DNA of 45,755 bases, filler included, from Catajapyx aquilonaris (lineage: Eukaryota), in assembly GCA_000934665.2 (NCBI GenBank). It is 2 parts of 2 records of this genome, joined end to end, with 100 filler letters (N's around TTAATTAATTAA, not from the genome) between each part and the next. Parts side by side here need not be neighbours in the genome. Positions count along the whole stretch, not along the records: positions 22,916 to 45,755 come from JYFJ02005804.1; 1 more part is not named here. One strand, given 5' to 3'. This document shows, in pieces, positions 37,301 through 45,755 of the stretch. The notes beneath the pieces were generated by a model. That model was not told where the DNA came from. It saw only the letters and a program-made list of their open reading frames with translations, and did not search any database. Every line of letters begins with the position of its first letter. Within the stretch, counting starts at the first letter, position 1. A program made the translations under genes and the position numbers.

Positions 37301-39545
37301 TTAGCATGGCCATCGCAGGCTCCTCTTTCTATGGTTAGTACATACACAACATCTCTTCCGCGGTATCCCGGTTGAATCAGCGATCTTTACTGGGAATGAT
37401 AACCGTTGTTGTTTTTGCAGGGTACGACAACACCCCAGAGCAGAAGTCCTTGCATGAATTTGTAGGAGTGGCAGTAGTGCTGTCCAAGTCCACGGGCAGT
37501 GCCCTTCTGTTCCTGTACTGCCTGCAGCCCCTCACAACTTGTCGGAACCTGAACTCCTACCTGAGAGAAACCTTTTTCTCCAGCGTAATACCATTCGACT
37601 CGCTGATTGAAATACACAAGACGATCGCTTGGATCGCGAATGTGTTTGGTGGTCAGTAGCATGTACTTTTATCCGTTGGACTATAAGTTGGGCTATACAA
37701 TATTAGCAGCAAGGATAGTGGCGTCATGTCTGCGCAGACATGTTCTGTGCTCACTTGTCTATGTTGATCTTCCTTTCATCTATAGTGATACACTTGATAT
37801 GCAGCAACGTCCATTACGGTTTACTGTCATCCAAAGAGCCAATCTACGTGGATTGCCTTGTGGACTACATGAACCTGGAGTAAGTTATTGCCACCAAGAG
37901 TACATAATGGGGCAGCACATAAGATTTCAAAGAGGTGTAGCCAACCCCTCAAAACAAAACTTGACATTCACTATGGGAAGGAGCCAATCAGATGATAAAA
38001 TGTGTACACTCTGGTTTGCCTGCAGGAGCCACCAGCGAGCGAACTTCAACTTCTGGTTTTGGGGAACTGTAACAGGAATAACAGGAAACATCATGTTTGT
38101 TCTTCTGCTGATCATGACCGCCTACGCCCTGGACAGGAGCCGTCGTAAAGCATTCCGCTGGTTCTGGATATCCCACATGGCCTACATCCTGTTCTATCCG
38201 ATCCTTCTGCTACACTACCTCGGCGACGCCACGGAAGTCAGTCAAATCGTCCTTTCCTAACTGACCTTTCACCTTCGACGCCCACTCCGACTTTTTTTTC
38301 CTTAATTACAGGCACCACCTTCCCTGGGATTCATGTTGATCCCCTTGTTCATGTACATTGTAGACCGCATAGCCCTAGTGAGTCAGCACAAGGTCGCATT
38401 CGACGTGGTGGAATTTGAGCTGCTTCCTTCCAGTAAGTATAACTGCAGCACTGTGCACTAATCTATTGTTACTTCCATCGTTCCACCTTCTTGTCGTGGA
38501 CAGACATGGTGAAGCTGGTGGTCCGGAAGCCATTGCACTTCACCTTCAAGGCCGGTCAGTGGATCCGCTTGGCCTGCACTGCCCTCAACTCGAAGGAGTA
38601 CCACCCTCTGACCATCGCTTCTTTGCCACTGGACAACCGCATGGAATTCTACGTGCAGGTGGTCGGGCCATGGACCTACAACCTGAGGAGCGTCTACAAC
38701 CTGCAGAAAATTCGGAGGGAGAAGTATTCCAAGGTGCGTGTCACGGAGGGATCATCTTGCGGGTCATCTAAATCAACTATAGGGCAACTTCGCCTTGGGG
38801 AATAGCAGGGAACATTTCTGAGCATTGTCTTTTTTTTGTCCAGGTTTTCATCGAGGGTCCGTTCGGATCACTCAGCCAGAATTGGGGCAATTACGAGGTT
38901 TCCATCATAATTACAAACGGAGAAAAGGTCCTTTCGTTCATCTCTGTGCTGAAGGAAGTTGTGTTTCTGGGCAACAAGAGGCTTTCCATATTATGTAAAA
39001 AGGCAAGTTTCATCTTAAAGTCACACTTCCGGTGGAGATGAAAACTATGCAATTATTATTCCAGGTGTTCTTCATATGGTGCACGAGCACTCAGAAGCAC
39101 TTCGAGTGGATAGTGGAGATCCTGCGAGAACTGGAGAGCATAGACCACAAACGGATTTTGTCCACTCACATGTGCATCACAGAGGCGACGGACAAGTACG
39201 ACATCAGGACCGTCATGCTGTACCTGTGCGAGGAGCAGTTCCACAAGGTCAGAGACAGGTCGCTATTCACGGGGCTCAGGATGAAGACGCATTTTGGGAA
39301 ACCCTCGTTCAGGACCTTCTTCACTTCAGTGCGGAACATTTTTAAAGTGAGTCGTACTAAGTGACTTTACTCACTCACTTTTCTGAATGTGTTTTACTTA
39401 CACTGTGTTCATTGTTGGGCAGGTGAGGTCGTACGGAGTGTTCTACTCAGGGGATCACCAGACCAAGAATGATATCACCAATATTATTAATAGCCTCAAT
39501 GAGGCGTCAAATGTGGGCAAATATGAACTTATAACTGTCAAATGA
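31363..39545 (+). CDS. Dual oxidase (Duox)-like protein, 22 exons, ~1638 aa, atypical NADPH-binding domain and EF-hands
   Basis: Exons 31363-31435, 31504-31734, 32380-32562, 32942-33679, 33900-34145, 34219-34397, 34481-34653, 34788-34909, 34987-35864, 36006-36087, 36170-36263, 36468-36561, 36638-36825 (donor uncertain), 37149-37333, 37421-37651, 37786-37879, 38026-38236, 38312-38432, 38504-38733, 38844-39002, 39065-39346, 39423-39545. Total 4917 nt, all phases compatible. Signal peptide, peroxidase homology domain (TPWIDASSVYG, WFRWHN, ALRFGH, FSRRDLAAIDIQRTRDFG), TM1, EF region, ferric-reductase TM domain (TCRNL..LRETF, IPFD..IHK), FAD region (GQWIRLAC, EYHPLT, GPWT, EGPFG), RSLFTGL..THFG. 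Confidence 0.93.
32658..32820. mobile_element. Tc1/pogo-type MITE, copy 1 (Duox intron 3)
   Basis: TA|CAATCCGTTTAAACCAAAGAACGATATGACGTCA ... TGACGTCAGATCGTTCTTCGTTTAAAAGACTG, ~33-bp TIRs; homologous to 33687-33824 in inverted orientation. Confidence 0.85.
33687..33824. mobile_element. Tc1/pogo-type MITE, copy 2 (Duox intron 4)
   Basis: TA|AAGTCCTTTAAGCCAAAGAACGATCTGACGTCA ... TGACGTCAGATCATTCTTTGGTTTAACGGACTG|TA. Interior GAGCCGGGTGGAGGCGGGGCTGAA is the near-exact reverse complement of copy 1's TTCAGCTCCGCCTCCACCCGGCTC. Confidence 0.88.
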
Positions 39546-40200
39546 GGTGGGTCGTGACCTGAATGTGCAAGGTCAGCTCATTTTGAACGAAGCCTGTTCA
39601 TTATTGGCAAATCAGCGTTATTTAAAAAAAATTAGAGCATTTGTTAACTATGTTATTGTTAATAATGACGTGTTTGGCACATTATTGTCTCAAGAGACGC
39701 CATTTTAAAGTTAATAGTTGTTATATAATGTTCATAATGTGATGTCGACTGTGTCAGCTTTGAAATATTCTTGTACGCTATCAAAATAAAAATATGTTTT
39801 CTATGATCTTGCAGTACTGATTGTTGAAAATACACTAACACAAAAGAACTGAGCAAAAGGCGTAACGGGTGAATTGGCCAAGACGTTATGCATGGATCCA
39901 TACTTCAATTGCTCCGAAGGTGTAAAGTGACGTAGGAATCAGGTTTTTCCTCTATTTGCAAACTTTTTGCATTGTCTAGCGGCTTAATCAATGCCTTATT
40001 CACATTTAAGCTGATTAACAAGATGGGAAAGGAGTGGCACAGGGCCCTGTGAACGTTCCCATGTGTGAAGGACGCCCGACATATGAGGCGACTTTGCATA
40101 CACCCAGGTAAAAAGTACGCGACACAACTCGACGAATAATTGCAGCAATCACACGCGATACTAGTCAGCTTCTCGCGTAATAACAGTGATCAACGCAGAA

Positions 40201-40389
40201 ATGGGAGGTATTTCTGATTTTTATTCCGGGCGTAGTGTCTTGATTACTGGAGGCACCGGATTCTTAGGGAAAGTTCTCCTGGAGCACCTTCTACGAGCTT
40301 GCCCACAACTTGAAGCATTGTGCCTAGTAGTTCGTTCCAGGTCTGACCTCGATGCTGGTCAGCGGATCGAACTGATGCTACAGGATAAG
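40201..40389 (+). CDS. Isolated FAR first coding exon (alternative exon 1 of copy B, or orphan exon)
   Basis: MGGISDFYSGRSVLITGGTGFLGKVLLEHLLRACPQLEALCLVVRSRSDLDAGQRIELMLQDK followed by a GTAAGG phase-0 donor. No other FAR exons seen before 42199. Confidence 0.8.
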
Positions 40390-42198
40390 GTAAGGCGACC
40401 AAGTATACTATAGGGTCTCACCTCTTCTTTATTGTTTTAGAATTATAATTGAGCTAGGACCAGTAACGGTCAAAATCACCACTTATAACTCACCTTCAAA
40501 GTGTAGTTAGAGTTACGTACATCGTTGGAAATCCAATTAACATTGTTGATAAACACTAAAGTAATTACTGCAAAGTAATATTAAAAACAAGCAACTTACA
40601 GTCAAAATGATTTCAGAAGTTCCCAGTGACTTCCGCAAAAATTATTCTAACTTCCTGAACTTCCCTGACTTCCATAAGACTCATAATAATTCCTATGACT
40701 TCCTCCAAGGTGTACGAGTGACTTCCTAAGTGACTTATCTCTTGCCCCAAAATAATCAGCTACAGGATGTCAATGTACAGTACTTCACGACCTTGAATGA
40801 TACTATAAGATTTTTTGATATGTCTAAAAGTTAAACGTACTAGATATTAACTCAGAAGTAACAATGATTACAGTCAAAATTGAAATGACTTGGAATATCC
40901 TGCACATTAGCAAATGTTATGTAAAAAACGGTACTCTTTCGCTTTAATACCCTCATAATAAAAATATTGTAAAATATTTATTTTAAAGGCTAATTTTTGA
41001 GTCGCTTTTCCTACATTATGGCATGATACAAACGGTAAGATTTTTATAAAGTGACATCCAAATGTTGAAGAGAAGAAAAATGTCCTGTTGATTTTGGGCA
41101 CTTAGCTAGTAATCGTCTAGTTGCCTATCGACCAGGAATGCAGGATATTACTGTCAGAGATTTTCCAATGTGTTGTCATCCTCATGTGAAGGGCATCATA
41201 ATACACATTGCATTATTAAGTCTCAAGGAGACAGACGGTACTTGTCGTATAGGTATAGCTCAACACATCAGGAGTGAATGCTCACTTGTGATGGCCTCCT
41301 ATGATGATGCTAATGCTAATGCATTTTGCAATATACGTTACATTATGTTATAATTATTAAGAACAACACACATTGAGTAGTTTTGCTGCAAACCTTATGG
41401 AGTTCAGCACGCTAATATGCGACTTTTCCTTATTAGAGTACACACCAAGAAGTACTCGTCACCAATGTAGGCAAAGACAAATAGTGGGGACTAAACTTAA
41501 TATACCATGAAAGTGTAAATCAACATCATACAATTACAGTATTTTATGACCCTGCACCTGCACTTTCTAATGTGTAAAAATAATCACGACAAAAAAAACG
41601 TTCCGAGTCAAAGTAACAAACTTCGTCTTCTTCTAATCACCATAAACCTATTTACCGTCTCTCTTCTAAAACCAACGCCGATGAAGTCATTACATTCGCT
41701 ACTTTTAGAGTACTTAAGAAAACATACTGCTCAAAGAGAGAGTTTATGTCCTTGAAAGGAGTTGATCCCGCTCACTGACCAATATTTACTACTAATTAAG
41801 ATATCTCAGAGGCTGTGTACCTGCCCATAATTTCCAATATTGTCACAGTGACTGTATACCGTTACTAATGGATGCTCGGCCGAAATCGAAAGTGACATGC
41901 CGCCCACTTGTCACTATATTTGAGGCACGCTCAGCATTGCACGCAAATATTTAAGTGTGTCGTAAAACGGGCGAGATCTCCCTTTTCATTTTCCTCTTTT
42001 TTTTCTCTCTCTCTCCTAGCCCCTCCCTTTCCCTTGGAATATTGTTGTAGCCAAAAAGAAAATTCTTCAGTCGGTACACTCTTTTATTGGCTACAGAACC
42101 TCACGGTCTCCCTTCGCGATTTGTCTCCAATCACTTGGCTGCTGACTCATCTGGCGCTTTATATCGTGCATTGCAGCCTTGGGTACATATACTATACC

Positions 42199-44989
42199 AT
42201 GGTCGAGGCACCATCAGACATGGACAGCTTCTATAATGGACGTCATGTCCTAGTCACAGGAGGGGCAGGATTTTTGGGGAAAGTTCTAGTTGAAAAGTTG
42301 CTTCGAGCAACTCGAATTGATACACTTTACGTGCTGCTGCGTGAGAAGAAAGGTCAGAGTCCACGAGACAGATTCCAGCACGTGCTTCAGGACAAGGTAC
42401 TGGATTTGCTTATGTTCTTTGATATCCGACAGTAGATGAAGACCGGATTTAACAATGCCTAGGGCAGTACCAAAGTTAACTGAGTTTAATCTATTGATGT
42501 ATAAGCCCTGAAATTAGTGTCAGGGTCAAAAATGGCATTCAATTATTACCACATAGTCCTTTGATACGCATTGGTTACTGATGTTCGTGTTAAAACCATG
42601 GAGAAAAACCACCCTATGCGCCTTTTTTGCCTTCCTGATTGTCTTGCTTGGGTCTTAAATGAAAGTGGAAGTGTTCGAATATGATGGTCCGCAGTGATTA
42701 ATTATTCATACAATGCATGTGCATTGACAATGAGCCTCACGTGTTAGTACACGATGTACCGTTTTGGTCCGATCCTGACCTTACCCCTCTTTTCCAACCG
42801 CGGGATATGATTCGCATCAGTTTATTTTTATCGTCTTAATTTTATGCATAGCAAGTACCGTGTCTGCCAGCACTAAACCCACCGGGTGTAAAATACGAAA
42901 GCGTCACAACTTATTACATGCACGCTTACGAAGGAGAACGATATGGTAATTCCCACACTGTTACATTCACACCAAGGTGAGGCCTGGCGTATTGTTATTT
43001 TGAACTCGAGTGTATCCTATTTCGTCTCCATAATTTTTTTGCATGTCATGATGGGCATGAAGGGCACTCGACTCAGAAAGATGACGAGTGTGTAATCGAA
43101 GTTATAGGTCAGGGTTGATGGCTCTCAATGGCCGCAGCAGAGCGACACTCGATTGATATCAATCACTCGTTAGTTTTCAATCTTTACGTATAGGAAAGAG
43201 ACAATGACGCATAAATTGAACCATGAATAGCACATTATGAACATTATGAAAATAATATCTCGCGAACCTTTCAGCTGTTTGGCAAGTTGCGAGAGTCCGA
43301 TCCCGAAGTCTTGTCCAAGATCCGTGTCCTCGAGGGAGACATTGAGCTTCCAGGGTTAGGACTCAGCAATGAGGACAAGAAGATGGTCACGGATCAAGTG
43401 TCGGTGGTATTCCACTGCGCTGCATCAGTACGATTCGATTACACCTTGAGACGAATGGCACGCTCCAATCTGGAAGGGCCCATTAACGTCGCAGATTTAT
43501 GCAAAGAAATGACAAAACTAGAGGTGAGAATTACTCTTTATGTTCACAGGGATTAGAGTAAAGTATTGCAGGAATTGATTTATTTAGTCGTTTGAAATGA
43601 AAGTGAATCCTATAGAATGGGTCATTTTCTATGAAAGATTTGGGTTCCATATCAAGTATAGAGCTAGGAAGAATATTCACAGTAGTTAATCTGGCGACTT
43701 CTGTGAGTACATATTAATCGGTCTCATGTTATATACAGTATGCTTGGATTATACACCCTTAGTCATTTTTGACTATAGCACACTGGCGATTTTATGGAAA
43801 GAGCAATGTTTAATCCTGAAATATTTAAGCGATGCTTTAAAATACCCCGGTACACAATAAACCTCTTGGCAAAATAAATGGCCAATTTCGAAGAGTTAAA
43901 ATACGTCTGCTGTTGAAAAATTCCAGACCTGGCACACATAAAAAGCTTATTGACAGCAACTTTCACTTTATGATTAAGGCTCAGTCTATTCAAAAGGCAT
44001 CAACAAGGTGTTCTCAGGAGTGTGCCGACAAAGACTGATGTAAAAACAGCTACTTGTCACACAAACACATTGACAAATTTACGGAAGGATTGTTGTATAA
44101 AACATATTGCTTATTTTGAAGGCTTTGGTGCATGTGTCCACCGCATATGCCAACTGCGACAGACGAGTGATAGAGGAAGAAGTGTACGAGGCTTCCATCC
44201 CTCCCAGGAAGTTCCTCAAGTGTCTAGACCTGTTGGATGACGATATGATCCAAGCAGTGTCCCCCGAGTGAGTAGACAGAGTAGTTATCATTGGGTACAT
44301 TGACATATCCTCAAAATGAACAGGACCTGCTCTGGACCCGGTTCACTAACATGATTTGCAGCCCACAGACAAACTGATCATAATATTGTGATTGAATGGA
44401 ATCATTTACATATAACAGAAAAACCGGACTCGTTTTGCAACTATGCCATTGTCTGGTCAATAACCATCTAGTTGACCCTGAGATGTGTAAATGGTCCCAT
44501 TGTTTTATTGTGAGGAACACTTATATTGCAGGTTTCTGAAGGGCAAGCCGAACTCCTACATCTTCATGAAGTGTCTGGCGGAGAATGTCATGAAGGAAGA
44601 GCACCAGAAAGGTCTTCCTGTCACCATAGTGCGGCCCTCGATAAGTACGAGTCATACGACATACAGCATAACTGAAGTGATCGTTTGTGTTTAAATTCCG
44701 GTTTGCCATATACTACGTACCTTATCAGTAAATTCATCGCTTCATCATGAAATAAAAATTTAATTTGCTTTTAGGTCATACTGATTTTTTTTCCAGTTTG
44801 CCCTACATATCAAGATCCAGTAAGTGGATGGTGTGACAACTATTACGGAGTAGCTGGCCTCTCCTTCATGATAGGAATGGGCTTGGTCCGTGCAGTTCTG
44901 CTGGATGACAGCAAAATGGTTGATTTTGTCCCCGTGGACCTGACTGCCAATATTATTATAGCCTCTGCCTGGCATACCGCAACTTTTAA
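42199..44989 (+). CDS. Fatty acyl-CoA reductase, copy B (exons 1-5; presumably continues beyond the window)
   Basis: Exons 42199-42396, 43275-43523, 44122-44267, 44532-44644, 44797-44989. Same intron positions as copy A and near-identical coding sequence; TGGAGFLGK, NSYIFMK, IVRPSI, DFVPVD. Confidence 0.92.
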
Positions 44990-45755
44990 GTAAGTACACT
45001 AGTACAGTATGGGACGGTAGGGCGGTAGGGGGTCGAGAGAACAATAAATGCGAGTTCATATGCACGTGGGAAGTGGTGCGATAAATTATTTTAAGGTACG
45101 GTATGAAAAACCGTCATACCATTATGAATAACCCGAAATGCAAAATAATGTTTAAGCAACTCTTTAAAACAAGAGAAGATTTGAATGAGGTCGATGTTAA
45201 AGGGCATTTCATGATATATTCCAGTCCATTACTTTGAACAGCCACAGCATGCGTGAATGCGACGTAACTTATATTACTGGCATAATTTTTGGATGATAGA
45301 GCGTCATAAAAATGTGACGTATAAAATGGCAGAGCCTTGGGCAGAGCATTAATATTATTGTCTAAAAAATTGCACTGTGTGAACGTGTAGAAAAATATCA
45401 CATAAAATGTGGTCTGAGAATACTCATTAATGAGAAAAACCTGCCGCTAAAACTGTCTGATCATGTGATGATTAAATTAGTTATATGCAGGGTGTTCCAA
45501 ATTCATGGGTAATGTCGCCCGATAATAGTTATTTTTGTAGCTTGTTGTGCCCCTAACCAGGTGCTAAATTCGATAATAACTGCTATATTCAACTCCCTGG
45601 GAGTGTACTGCAAAAAGGTGGTGCACTACACAACAGGGAAGGTATATAGACTATACATGGTGTCTATTGTAACTCTGCAAAGACTTTCAGGGATAATAGA
45701 GGGGACCAAGACAAGTATTTTTGACATAGGAAACCGTGTCCGGAAACGCCATCTA

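Noticed and set aside
45485..45520. CAGGGTGTTCCAAA Tc1-like TIR start (also CAGTGTTGCCA at ~26827)
   Set aside because: No matching partner end found within the window.

Overview
Animal (probably arthropod) genomic DNA, not prokaryotic. It is split by an artificial 100-bp spacer (N44-TTAATTAATTAA-N44) at 22816-22915. The left ~25 kb is a transposon graveyard: a complete but internally deleted 1.44-kb Gypsy LTR element (LTRs, tRNA-Leu PBS, PPT, CAAT TSD), an intron-containing PIF/Harbinger transposase relic, two mariner relics, a second Gypsy integrase relic, a Helitron-type PIF1 helicase fused to a USP/C19 deubiquitinase-like domain, and many same-orientation diverged repeats that look like decayed ORFs. 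Every recognisable TE coding relic lies on the minus strand. The right ~20 kb holds + strand, intron-containing host genes: two recently duplicated fatty acyl-CoA reductases (one with a candidate alternative first exon) flanking a 22-exon dual oxidase (Duox)-like gene of ~1638 aa. The main find is that I can splice this Duox-like gene by hand into an unbroken frame that keeps all four transmembrane heme histidines but has replaced the canonical NADPH-binding motifs and degraded both EF-hands, suggesting a conserved Duox pseudoenzyme or neofunctionalised paralogue. All gene models and motif alignments were made by eye and need RNA-seq/HMM confirmation.
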